From a virus (taxonomy: Duplodnaviria > Heunggongvirae > Uroviricota > Caudoviricetes), in IMG/VR virus record IMGVR_UViG_2926661365_000002: a stretch of 13,947 nt of DNA; one strand, written 5' to 3'. The translations under genes and the position numbers were made by a program. Every line of letters starts with the position of its first letter. Within the stretch, counting starts at the first letter, position 1. The notes under the pieces are model-generated. The model saw only the letters and a program-made list of their open reading frames with translations, made no database searches and was not told where the DNA came from. Below are positions 1 to 8,348 of the stretch, one piece after another.

Positions 1-172
1 TCCCACGGGCTTAGTGTCCCAAAGAGGCTTCGGTCTCCCATCCGCCACCGCAAAAGGCATTACAGCCTCCAATGCGGATTTTGGGAAGTTACAAGGGGCC
101 ACCCCTCACCCGCGCCTCCCGAATTTCCCTATTTCGCCAATTCCCGAAACACCTCACGACAAGGAGGCCGAC

Positions 173-679
173 ATGCCCGAACCGACAACCGCCGACGACC
201 CCAAGCCCGAACCGCTGGACCTGCGCCTGCTGCGCGACGTCCTCGACGAACACGCAGTCCCCCTCGCCTGCCGGCGGCGCCAATGCCGGCGCAACCGGCA
301 CTGCTGCGGGGAGGCGCAGCGCGCCGATCGGCCGCTGGCCTCGGGCGCAGGCCTGCCACCCTGCGCGGCCAAGGCCAAACCCGAGGCGCACGTGGCGCTT
401 CAGACCCAGCTTGGCCAGTTGCAGCCGCATGTCGGCTCCAGCACCGAGCCCCGCCAATGGCCCGAAGACACCAAGGCCGCCGCCCAGCTTCGCCTGGCCC
501 TGGCGATGCTCCACCGCATCCACACCCGCCCCGGCCCGCATCCACAGAGCGAACGGGCAGCGCTTGCCGACTGGCAGGCCACCGACCCCGACCCGCACAC
601 CACCGCCCTCTACCGCCTCGCCTGGCATCACAGCAAACCGGAAAAGCCCAACGCCGCCACTCAGGGCACCGCGGCATGA
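173..679 (+). CDS. Hypothetical protein (168 aa) with Cys cluster CxxxxCRRxxxCCG...LPPC, possibly metal-binding
   Basis: Strong RBS AAGGAGG at 161-167 before ATG 173, in frame with ORF 14..679; clustered cysteines at 269-364. Confidence 0.7.
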   Translation: MPEPTTADDPKPEPLDLRLLRDVLDEHAVPLACRRRQCRRNRHCCGEAQRADRPLASGAGLPPCAAKAKPEAHVALQTQLGQLQPHVGSSTEPRQWPEDTKAAAQLRLALAMLHRIHTRPGPHPQSERAALADWQATDPDPHTTALYRLAWHHSKPEKPNAATQGTAA

Positions 680-687
680 GGGCGCGT

Positions 688-869
688 CCTCTCTTCTCCC
701 CAGCGGGGAGAAGGTGGCCCGCAGGGCCGGATGAGGGGGAGCGAAGCTCACCGGCAAAGCACGCTTCGGCAGCCATTAACTTTCAAGATTGGACTGCAAA
801 GGCTGCGGCCAGACGGCCCCCTCATCGCCTCGCTGTGCTCGGCACTTCTCCCCGCTGGGGAGAAGAGGG
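688..869. repeat. RIME/REP-like intergenic mosaic palindromic element
   Basis: 691-713 CTCTTCTCCCCAGCGGGGAGAAG is the exact 23-bp reverse complement of 845-867. 730-739 GATGAGGGGG pairs with 817-826 CCCCCTCATC. Each arm is itself a hairpin. It lies between convergent genes and resembles rhizobial CCCCTCATC...CTTCTCCCC...GGGGAGAAG repeats. Confidence 0.8.
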
Positions 870-876
870 AATGATG

Positions 877-1509
877 CTACTCCGCCGCCTTCGGCAGATC
901 CTCGGCCTCGACCTCGACGGGCAGCGGCTCCATTTCGTAGGAATAGCCCTCGAGCATGGAATAGGCCCGCTCGATCGCGCCAATCTGCACCTCAGACGCC
1001 TTGATGGCATCGGTGATGGATTGCGCCCGGGCCCGGAGCATCGAGCCGAGCACGTCGGTCTCCGGCCGGCGGCCGAGCCGGTCGAGATGTTTGCGCACCC
1101 GCGCCCGGTGGCGCTCCAGCTCGAGAATGTGGAAGCGGCATTTGAGGATGTCGTCGGTGAGCTTGCGCCGCAGCCCCGCGACGGGATCGAACGAGCCCGG
1201 CTCGCGCTCGTCGAGGATCATGTCGTTGATCAGCGTCTCCAGCACCATCAACCCCTTGAGATCGGTGGGTTCGGCGAGCTGCGGATCATAGCCGGTATCG
1301 TCGAAGACCCGGCGGCGCACGGGATCCTTCAGCAATTCGTAGCAGGCGGAGATCTTGGCGAAGGCTTCCGTATCGCCGCCGGCATCCGGATGGGCGGTCT
1401 TCGCCACCTTGCGATAGGCGGCCTTGATGGCGGCCTCGTCGGCATCGCGGGCCACGCCCAGGAGCTCATAAGGGTCGATCACTGCGGCACCCGTCTTCGC
1501 CATACTCAT
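877..1509 (-). CDS. J-domain (DnaJ family, class C-like) protein
   Basis: N-terminal DPYELLGV...[19 protein letters not shown]...[18 protein letters not shown] with intact HPD motif; helical C-terminal region. GGGAGTGG RBS before ATG 1509; 1503 is an alternative start. Confidence 0.9.
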   Translation of the reverse strand: MSMAKTGAAVIDPYELLGVARDADEAAIKAAYRKVAKTAHPDAGGDTEAFAKISACYELLKDPVRRRVFDDTGYDPQLAEPTDLKGLMVLETLINDMILDEREPGSFDPVAGLRRKLTDDILKCRFHILELERHRARVRKHLDRLGRRPETDVLGSMLRARAQSITDAIKASEVQIGAIERAYSMLEGYSYEMEPLPVEVEAEDLPKAAE

Positions 1510-1715
1510 CCACTCCCGCGCCCAGCCACCCCTCCCCTAAACCCGGATGGCGGCTGCTTCAAGACGGAACACCGCTCTGTCCCCGACCGAAAAATCGGTG
1601 ACCGGCAGGGCCGAGGGGGTGGCAGGAGGGCGGTCAGAGGCGACTGCCACCCCTCAAAACTCAAGGATTTCAGCCCGTTGCCACGCTGCTGCACCGCACA
1701 GTGTGACTTTTCATA

Positions 1716-1744
1716 CTTGCCAAGGTCCGAAAATGCCCCTACCT
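1716..1744 (+). promoter_or_regulatory. Candidate RpoD (sigma70) promoter of the cold-shock gene
   Basis: CTTGCC (1716-1721), 17 nt, CTACCT (1739-1744), close to the rhizobial consensus CTTGAC-N17-CTATAT. Implies a ~205-nt 5' UTR, as is typical for csp genes. Confidence 0.55.
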
Positions 1745-1956
1745 CTTTCTCCGTTCGGGCACCAAAGATCCCGGAGACTGGACTGACTTGTATGGACCGC
1801 GCTTGCGGTCATGGGGGCCTTCTCCCGCCGGTAGACGTTCTTTCCCCGTTATCGCGACCACTCGACGGTTCCGTTTCGGCGGAACTTCAACCAGCCGCTT
1901 CCGGTCCGCCGGCCGCGGCGCAGACGACAAGAAATTCGGGAACAAGGAACTCTCCC

Positions 1957-2169
1957 ATGGCCACCAAGGGCACCGTTAAATTCTTCAACCAGGACAAGGG
2001 CTTCGGCTTCATCACCCCGGAAGGCGGCGCGAAGGACGTATTCGTCCACATCTCCGCGCTCCAGGCTTCGGGTCTCCAGACCCTGCAGGACGGCCAGCAG
2101 GTCACCTTTGACACCGAGCCGGACCGCATGGGCAAGGGCCCCAAGGCCGTCAACATCCAGGCTGCCTGA
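1957..2169 (+). CDS. cspA: Cold-shock protein (CspA family, 70 aa)
   Basis: [35 protein letters not shown]: RNP1 (KGFGFI) and RNP2 (VFVH); RBS AAGGAA at 1944-1949. It is the C-terminal 70 aa of ORF 283..2169. Confidence 0.97.
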   Translation: MATKGTVKFFNQDKGFGFITPEGGAKDVFVHISALQASGLQTLQDGQQVTFDTEPDRMGKGPKAVNIQAA

Positions 2170-2180
2170 TTACAGATTTC

Positions 2181-2207
2181 AAATGGCGTCCCCCGGGACG
2201 CCATTTT
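2181..2207. terminator. Bidirectional intrinsic terminator between convergent cspA and dusA
   Basis: AAATGGCGTCC-CCCG-GGACGCCATTT(T): perfect stem with short A/T tails on both sides. Confidence 0.8.
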
Positions 2208-2248
2208 CGATTTCAGGGCATAAAAACGCCGGAAAGCCGCGCTAGAAC

Positions 2249-3304
2249 CTATTCCGCAGCGGCAGAGCTGTTCGAAGCGCCCTGTGTCTTCGGCCCACCG
2301 GATATGTCGACAGCCGCAAAGGCCTCGGCAATCAGATCAGGCGAAACACCCGGCTTGGTCGCCTCGGACGACAGGATCTGCCGATAGCGCCGCGCGCCGG
2401 CATAGCCCTGGAACAGCCCGACCATATGCCGCGTGACATGGTTGAGCCGCCCGCCACCCGCGATTACCCGCTCCGCATAGCCGATCATGACGTCGCGCAC
2501 TTGATCCCAGTCGACGGCCACGGCCGCCTCGCCATAGATGCGCGCATCAACCTCGGTGAGCAGCGTCGCATTGTGATAGCTCGCCCGCCCCAGCATCACC
2601 CCATCCATGACGGAGAGATGCTCCACAGCCTGGTCGAGATCGGTGATCCCGCCATTGATGCCGAGGAATACACCCGGGTTCTCCCGCTTCATCCGATAGA
2701 CCAGCTCGTAATCCAGCGGCGGGATCTCCCGGTTCTCCTTCGGGGAAAGCCCCTTCAGCCAGGCCTTGCGGGCATGGATCCAGATCGCATCCGCCCCCGC
2801 CCCGATCATCCGGGCGAGAAAATCAGGAAGCACCTCGGCCGGCTCCTGGTCATCCACCCCAATCCGGCACTTGACGGTCACCGGCACCGTCGCCACCTGT
2901 TTCATCGCGGCAACGCAAGCCTCGACCACCTCGGGCGTCTGCATAAGGCAAGCGCCGAACGTCCCCGATTGCACCCGGTCCGACGGGCAGCCGACATTCA
3001 GGTTGATTTCGTCATAGCCGTAGTCGGAAGCAATCCTGACCGCCTCGACCAGCTTGCCCGGATCCGACCCGCCGAGCTGCAGCGCCACCGGATGCTCTTC
3101 ACCGTTGAACGACAAGAGCTTCTCCCGCGGCCCATGGATGATCGCATCCGCCACCACCATTTCGGTAAACAGCAACGCACGCGCCGACAATTGCCGATGA
3201 AAGAACCGACAATGCCGATCCGTCCAGTCGATCATGGGTGCAATGGCGAAAACCTTGGCCTTGGATTTCCCATAGATCCCCGCATTTTCAGTGCTTGTCG
3301 CCAT
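2249..3304 (-). CDS. dusA: tRNA-dihydrouridine(20/20a) synthase DusA
   Basis: FAIAPMIDWTDRHCR, LQLGGSDP, EINLNVGCPSDRVQSGTFGACLM, VTVKCRIG, IHARKAWLKGLSPKENREIPPLDY, INGGI, DGVMLGRA. Start ATG 3304 chosen because AGGTGG lies upstream; the ORF is open to 3328. Confidence 0.97.
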   Translation of the reverse strand: MATSTENAGIYGKSKAKVFAIAPMIDWTDRHCRFFHRQLSARALLFTEMVVADAIIHGPREKLLSFNGEEHPVALQLGGSDPGKLVEAVRIASDYGYDEINLNVGCPSDRVQSGTFGACLMQTPEVVEACVAAMKQVATVPVTVKCRIGVDDQEPAEVLPDFLARMIGAGADAIWIHARKAWLKGLSPKENREIPPLDYELVYRMKRENPGVFLGINGGITDLDQAVEHLSVMDGVMLGRASYHNATLLTEVDARIYGEAAVAVDWDQVRDVMIGYAERVIAGGGRLNHVTRHMVGLFQGYAGARRYRQILSSEATKPGVSPDLIAEAFAAVDISGGPKTQGASNSSAAAE

Positions 3305-3342
3305 ATCGGGCTTCCACCTGTTTACCACTATTCAGGCCCGTT

Positions 3343-3400
3343 CTTGACCGTTTCGATATCCCGGGGCTACAAATGTCACTTCGGAACGCATTAATGTCAC
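3343..3400 (+). promoter_or_regulatory. Candidate integrase promoter plus AATGTCAC direct repeats
   Basis: CTTGAC at 3343-3348 with a weak -10 (CTACAA, 3367-3372); AATGTCAC at 3372-3379 and 3393-3400. Confidence 0.4.
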
Positions 3401-3412
3401 CCCGGGGAAATC

Positions 3413-4564
3413 ATGGGCACGATCGTAGAGCGGAAACGCGCGGACGGGACTATCGCATATCTGGCGAGAGTCCGAGTCAAAAAAGCCGGGAAGGTTATCT
3501 TCGAGGAATACGAGACCTTTAACCGCCGTAAGACCGCCGCAGCTTGGATCGCAAAGCTGGAGAAGGAGCTCAAGGCTCCGGGCGGGGTCGAGGCGGTGAA
3601 GGCAAAGGACAGGGCTCGGACCCTGGGAGACGCGATCGATCTCTACGTCCAAGATCAGGGCGACAGCATCGGCCGGACCAAGGCCCAGGTGCTGCGCTCT
3701 CTCAAGGACTATGCAATCGCAGACATGGCCTGCGAGGAAATAACCAGCTCGGACATCTATGAGCTGGTGAAGGAACTGGGCGCGGACAAGAAACCGCAGA
3801 CCGTAAACAACTACCTCTCCCACCTCCGCGCTGTCTTCGCCGTGGCTCGCCCGGCATGGGGCATCCCCTTGGACGAGGGGGCGATGAAGGACGCGGTGAC
3901 GGTCTCGAAGAAGATGGGCGCAGTGAGGAAGTCCGCCAGCCGCGACCGCCGCCCGACCCTCGACGAACTCGATCGCCTGCTCACCCACTTCGAGGAGAGG
4001 CGCAGGCGAGTCCCTCAGATGTTGCCGATGACCAAGGTCGTGGTGTTCGCCCTGTTCTCCACGCGCCGGCTGGAGGAGATCACGCGGATCCAGTGGGCCG
4101 ACCTCGAGGAGCAGCACACCCGCATCCTCGTGCGCGACATGAAGAACCCCGGCGAGAAGATCGGCAACCATGTCTGGTGCGATCTGCCGGAGCCGGCGCT
4201 CCGCGTCATCCGCTCCATGCCGAAGGCCAAGCCGGAGATCTTCCCCTATTCGACCGACGCGATCGGGGCCAACTTCACCCGCGCCTGCCAGCAGCTCGGC
4301 ATCGAGGATCTGCACTTCCACGACCTGCGGCACGAGGGGGTGACCCGGCTGTTCGAGATGGGCAACTCCATCCCCCATGCCGCAGCCGTGTCAGGGCACC
4401 GCTCCTGGGGGTCGCTCAAGCGCTACACGCACGTTCGCGGTACCGGCGATAGGTACGAGGGCTGGAGCTGGCTGGAGCGCGTCTGTGGGGCTGAAACGAA
4501 AAAAGACCCCGACGCCGAAGCGCCGGGGCAAACTGCCACCTCGAGGGGTGGCCAGGGGATTTAG
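3413..4564 (+). CDS. int: Tyrosine recombinase / phage integrase, dusA-associated type
   Basis: Catalytic motifs STRRLEEI (R), FHDLRHEG (HxxR), SGHRSWGSLKRYTH (H...Y); basic N-terminal arm-binding region MGTIVERKRADGTIAYLARVRVKK; position divergent from dusA. Confidence 0.93.
   Translation: MGTIVERKRADGTIAYLARVRVKKAGKVIFEEYETFNRRKTAAAWIAKLEKELKAPGGVEAVKAKDRARTLGDAIDLYVQDQGDSIGRTKAQVLRSLKDYAIADMACEEITSSDIYELVKELGADKKPQTVNNYLSHLRAVFAVARPAWGIPLDEGAMKDAVTVSKKMGAVRKSASRDRRPTLDELDRLLTHFEERRRRVPQMLPMTKVVVFALFSTRRLEEITRIQWADLEEQHTRILVRDMKNPGEKIGNHVWCDLPEPALRVIRSMPKAKPEIFPYSTDAIGANFTRACQQLGIEDLHFHDLRHEGVTRLFEMGNSIPHAAAVSGHRSWGSLKRYTHVRGTGDRYEGWSWLERVCGAETKKDPDAEAPGQTATSRGGQGI
4499..4528 (-). terminator. 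Intrinsic terminator of the minus-strand late operon, antisense within the integrase 3' end
   Basis: Minus strand reads CCCCGGCGC-TTCG-GCGTCGGGG-TC-TTTTTT: 9-bp stem (one G-U), C(UUCG)G tetraloop, U6 tract. Confidence 0.85.
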
Positions 4565-4824
4565 ATTGCGGTGTAGATCAGGTTCACGGGGACACCGTGA
4601 GCTGCCCGCACATAGACGTCATAGCCGGCAGCACCCAGCGAGAGGGGCGTCGACATATCCAGGAAGTGGCCCGGCGTCGCGTCCGTCAGGGTGAGCGCTG
4701 TTGCCGCCGTCTCCGCGATGTGGGCGAAGACCGCGCCCCCGCCATCGATCTCGAGGAGGAGCGTCTTGTTCTGCGAGAGCCTGGTCCAGCCCGCGCCGGG
4801 GATAGTCTGCTTTACGGTTGCCAT
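4561..4824 (-). CDS. Small beta-rich phage protein (87 aa), unknown function
   Basis: RBS CTGAAAGGAA 6 nt before ATG; alternating hydrophobic strands (LLLEID, VFAHIA, VYVRAA, VNLIYT); TAA stop overlaps the integrase TAG (TTAG 4561-4564). Confidence 0.75.
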   Translation of the reverse strand: MATVKQTIPGAGWTRLSQNKTLLLEIDGGGAVFAHIAETAATALTLTDATPGHFLDMSTPLSLGAAGYDVYVRAAHGVPVNLIYTAI

Positions 4825-4884
4825 GCTGGCTTCCTTTCAGGTCGTGGGTAGGAGGTGCCCGCCGGCCGAAGCCGACGAGCTTTG

Positions 4885-7800
4885 TCACTCAAGCTGGATG
4901 ATCGACAGGTAGGTGTTCGAGTAGGCTCGCACCAATTTGCTGCTCGGGAGCGCCGCTCTCAAGGTCAGCACATCGTCCTTCGAGAGGGGGATCGCTATGG
5001 GCGGCAGCGTAGCTGCGTAGTCGCTATCGGTGGCGTTGGACGCCGTGATTTGCGAGAGCCCTCGACCCCGCTCGTTCCCATTGACGTAGGCGTACACCAT
5101 GGCGTTGCCCACGTTGACGACCCCCTCCTCCCACGTCACCTGCCCGGCGACCTGGACGACCATGTCGTATGGCGCCTTGAACTCAGCGCTGGCGTCGGTG
5201 AAGAACTCCTTGCCGTTGCACTTGTACTCATCCGGCACGAACATATCGGCCACCGTGGTGATCGAGCCCCCGATGTTGATGTTCGTGCCACCCTTCTGCG
5301 CGTGGACGCGGAGAGGAAACTCCGCGCAGCCCGAGGTGTTTTTCTCGAAGCCGTAGTAGCTGTTGCCACGGATGACGACCTTGCCCGTCACCCCGCTCAT
5401 GGAGACAGCGATCGTGTTGTTGATCCCGAGCGCACCGTCTGCATCGAAATGGTTGTCGGTGATCTTCGGGTACGTGCTGACGCCGGCGCTAGACGTCAGC
5501 GACAGCATCCGAGCGCCGGCCCGCATCTCGCGGATCGACATGAGGAAGTTGCCCGAGAAGGACAGGTAGCGGACAAAGTCGAAGGTGCAGAATTTCGGAT
5601 CTGTCTCGTTGCCATGGGCGAACAAGCCTCGGCTCGAAAGGGTCTGGCTCACACTGACCGTGTAGGTGCCTGTTCCTCCCGTGCCGGTTCCGAGCGCGGT
5701 GATCGTGATGCCTGAGCCGTTGATGCCGACACCCGTGATCCGCTGGCCAACCATGAGCCGGCCTGTCGTAGCAGTCACCGTCATGGTGGTGCCCGAGATC
5801 GAGGCTGTCAGGTCGATCAGCGACGACATGGTAGTGGCCGTCGAAACCGTGTTGCTCGAGCTGAGCAGGTAGGTGCCGATACCACCATCACCCGTGATCC
5901 GACCAACGATGGTTGTGCCGGCGGCAACGCCGTCGCCGTAGACCGGCTGGCCGACCTGCACCCACCCGTCGCTGATCGCAGTCACACTCATCACCCGGCC
6001 CGAGACCGTGGCGGTGTATCGGGCCTTGCTGGCGCGAGTGCCGAGGCCGCGGGCCTTGTTGCTCTTGAAGCTCACATCCCAGGCGTCGACAACGCTGATC
6101 AGGTTGCGCGGCGTGTTCTGGATGTTGTTGTGCTCGATGATGGCGTTCGGAGTGTTCCTCAGCTGGAATACAATCGAGGAGTCGCCGCAGTTGGCGTGCA
6201 GCCCGTAGAACTCGCCCACGTTCCCGAGAATGGTTGGATACCACTTCACCTCGGTCGTGCTGAGATCGACGACTGCGTTGTGGAACGGGCTGTTGAACAC
6301 GTTGAAGCTCACGCGCCAGTCCGTCGCCGCGAGGGTCGAATTGGCGATCGCCGCGATGTGGTTTTTCACCGCACTCCAGCCTGAGAACGAGTTGTTCAGG
6401 ACATAGAGCTGGTTAAACCCGTGGACCAACTCGATGCCGTTGAGCGACGGCGTAGAGCTAGAGTACCAGGTGTCACCAATCTCGAACTTGTTCCCATAGG
6501 CCTCGCACCGGTTTGCCTGCAGACGCAGTAGGGATGTCAGCGGGAAGCTGTATCCCTCGAGCCCGCGGGACGTAACTGTGCCGTGGTCCAGGCTGATCGT
6601 GTAGGTGCCGGTTCCACCGGTGCCCGTGCCCAGAGCCGTGATGCGGGTGCCCTTGGCAATCCCTGCCCCGGTGATGTGCGTCCCGACGGCGAGGGTGCCA
6701 TTGGCCACGGCGCTCACCGTCAGCGTGGTGCCGCTGATCGAGCCGGTGAACTGCGCGGTGCGGAACTTCTCGTTCCCCGCCAAGACGGAAATGACGTTGT
6801 CGCGGATCAGGCTGCGCTGTCCGGTGACGACAATCTGCGTGTCCTCGACCGCGTTGCTCCAGAAGATGGAGTCAGCACCGGCAAAGGTCACCACCCCGCC
6901 CGTGGCAAACGTCACGCCGCCCAGCACGATAGCGCGCTGAGCGAATGTGAGGTTGAACTTGCCGATGATCTTCGCGCCGATGGTCCGAGCGAACTGCACA
7001 ACCTTGCTGATGGTGCAGTTGGACTTGATCTCCATGGTCCGATTCTCGGGCCAGATGATCTCGACCACGCTCTCCGCTCGCGCGTTGATCGCGGTGACCA
7101 TTTCGTCGACGGTCGCGTAGAGCTGCGCATAGATCTTGGCGCCGGGGGACACCCAGGCGTTCACGCCTTTTGTCCAGGACGCCACGTCCGAGGCGATCTC
7201 GCCGACCTGGATGCAGGCCGGGGCCGCGGCAAAAGAGAAGGCTCGCGCCCACACCCCGGATTTCAGGCTGCAGATGTCACCACGCAGGATGCCGTTGGGC
7301 AGCCCGTCGGTCGGCACGACGTTGAAGATGTAGGAGCCCTCGGCCGTCGGCTTGGGCTCCGGTGTCGTCATTACCTTGGAGATGCGCAGCTCGCTCGTGG
7401 CGCGCGGCATAACCTCGTAGCTGTAGCCGTCGCCGTTTGCGTCAGCCACCGCCTTCACCCGCACCGTCGCGTCACCGCCATCGGCGATAGCCGGGTCCGG
7501 AAAGTTTGGGACGGTAGCGGGATCGTCCGTTGGGGTCTCCACATTCTTCGAGAAGGTGAAAGTTCCACCGGCAGCGCAGCCGTTCGCGTTCGAAATCTTG
7601 CAGAGCTTATTGAGGTAGGTGGCGCGTGAGGCCCCGACGATGGCGCTCACAAGCGCAGGGTAGTCCTCGAAATACACCGTGTCCCCAACAGGCGACCAGA
7701 CCGCCTTGTCCTTGGTCGCGTCGTAACACTCGTAGGTGACGCCGTTGTAGACCCACTGAGATCCGACCTTCCACCCCTTGGTGGTGTCGTCCTTCGCGGT

Positions 7801-7914
7801 CGGAGGGCCGGAGGGCGAGATGTTCGTCGGGTTCGTCACTACGATCGAATCGAGCTTCGTCTTCTGCTCGCTTGTCAGGCCGCTACCGCCTGCGCCCAAT
7901 ACTTTCATTGGCAT
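4885..7914 (-). CDS. Large fibre/spike-like protein (~1010 aa): beta-helix with three inserted Gly/Thr modules and a C1q-like C-terminus
   Basis: ATG 7914 after AAGGGG (GTG 7923 is an alternative). N-terminal [17 protein letters not shown]...[13 protein letters not shown] motif of phage structural proteins. Repeated beta-helix-like turns (GNKF, NNSF, FNVF, HNNI, SNKA, GNFL, DNHF, GNSY) and three TxSISGTTxTV...GTGTYT modules. Confidence 0.8.
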   Translation of the reverse strand: MPMKVLGAGGSGLTSEQKTKLDSIVVTNPTNISPSGPPTAKDDTTKGWKVGSQWVYNGVTYECYDATKDKAVWSPVGDTVYFEDYPALVSAIVGASRATYLNKLCKISNANGCAAGGTFTFSKNVETPTDDPATVPNFPDPAIADGGDATVRVKAVADANGDGYSYEVMPRATSELRISKVMTTPEPKPTAEGSYIFNVVPTDGLPNGILRGDICSLKSGVWARAFSFAAAPACIQVGEIASDVASWTKGVNAWVSPGAKIYAQLYATVDEMVTAINARAESVVEIIWPENRTMEIKSNCTISKVVQFARTIGAKIIGKFNLTFAQRAIVLGGVTFATGGVVTFAGADSIFWSNAVEDTQIVVTGQRSLIRDNVISVLAGNEKFRTAQFTGSISGTTLTVSAVANGTLAVGTHITGAGIAKGTRITALGTGTGGTGTYTISLDHGTVTSRGLEGYSFPLTSLLRLQANRCEAYGNKFEIGDTWYSSSTPSLNGIELVHGFNQLYVLNNSFSGWSAVKNHIAAIANSTLAATDWRVSFNVFNSPFHNAVVDLSTTEVKWYPTILGNVGEFYGLHANCGDSSIVFQLRNTPNAIIEHNNIQNTPRNLISVVDAWDVSFKSNKARGLGTRASKARYTATVSGRVMSVTAISDGWVQVGQPVYGDGVAAGTTIVGRITGDGGIGTYLLSSSNTVSTATTMSSLIDLTASISGTTMTVTATTGRLMVGQRITGVGINGSGITITALGTGTGGTGTYTVSVSQTLSSRGLFAHGNETDPKFCTFDFVRYLSFSGNFLMSIREMRAGARMLSLTSSAGVSTYPKITDNHFDADGALGINNTIAVSMSGVTGKVVIRGNSYYGFEKNTSGCAEFPLRVHAQKGGTNINIGGSITTVADMFVPDEYKCNGKEFFTDASAEFKAPYDMVVQVAGQVTWEEGVVNVGNAMVYAYVNGNERGRGLSQITASNATDSDYAATLPPIAIPLSKDDVLTLRAALPSSKLVRAYSNTYLSIIQLE
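5620..6756 (-). repeat. Three intragenic copies of a ~65-aa module (about 6560-6756, 5830-6024, 5620-5817)
   Basis: [51 protein letters not shown]; [51 protein letters not shown]; [51 protein letters not shown]. Confidence 0.9.
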
Positions 7915-7970
7915 GCTGGACACCCCTTAAGTGCGTCGTTGAACTGCGGGGCATTCACAACCTTAACCGC

Positions 7971-8348
7971 TCAGAGCCCCAGCTTTGCGGCTATCCATTT
8001 CGAGGCCAGGGCGAAGACCGCCCCGAAGATCGCCCCCACGATCGAGCCCATCACAGCGACCGCCATCACGATCCCATTGAACCGCTCGCGCCACTTATTG
8101 ATGTTCTGGATCGTTGGCTCGTGCGCGAGGAGATCCGCGCGCAAGGCCTTGGTCTCATCATCGAGCGCCTTGCGAAGCTCTTTGATCTCGCTCTTGATCT
8201 CGGCATTCTCCAGCCGAAGCTGCTCGATCGCGCTGTATGTCCGGGATCTATTCTCGTCTGACTTCCTCGCCAGCTCCCTCACGCTCTCGATCAGAGCCGT
8301 TATCTGCCCAGACATTTCGCCCAACTTAAATTCCGTGCTGTCGGTCAT
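7971..8348 (-). CDS. Coiled-coil protein with C-terminal transmembrane segment (DUF1515-like), probably lysis-cassette associated
   Basis: Heptad-rich N-terminal region (IEQLRLENAEIKSEIKELRKAL), hydrophobic GIVMAVAVMGSIVGAIFGAVFALA and a basic tail; RBS GGCGGAG. The DUF1515 label is from resemblance only. Confidence 0.7.
   Translation of the reverse strand: MTDSTEFKLGEMSGQITALIESVRELARKSDENRSRTYSAIEQLRLENAEIKSEIKELRKALDDETKALRADLLAHEPTIQNINKWRERFNGIVMAVAVMGSIVGAIFGAVFALASKWIAAKLGL

Noticed and set aside
17-86. Possible structured RNA (TCCCAAA/TTTGGGA, GAGGCT/AGCCTC)
   Set aside because: Stems are short and interrupted, near the window edge, with no recognisable family; could be chance.
283-1956. 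628-aa ORF 283..2169 as one protein
   Set aside because: Only the last 70 aa are a recognisable Csp with its own RBS. The rest is a shadow frame over other genes and intergenic DNA.
3284-3297. IHF-like site near the att region
   Set aside because: Poor fit to WATCAANNNNTTR (spacing and several bases wrong).
3332-4378. 348-aa ORF antisense to the integrase (likewise 2426..3394, 4855..5715, 6583..7629, 10982..11935, 11380..12324, 12604..13887)
   Set aside because: They lie opposite well-supported genes and have no recognisable motifs. Long antisense frames are expected from high-GC codon bias.
4844-4880. UUCG hairpin after the fibre gene as a terminator
   Set aside because: GTCGGC-TTCG-GCCGGC has no U tract; more likely a stabilising or processing hairpin, and support is weak.
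5659-6642. Diversity-generating retroelement template/variable repeat pair
   Set aside because: Differences between copies are third-position synonymous rather than adenine-specific, and no reverse transcriptase is present.
4885-7923. Shufflon or invertible tail-fibre system driven by the integrase
   Set aside because: I found no repeated inversion sites and no inverted alternative C-terminal cassettes in the window.
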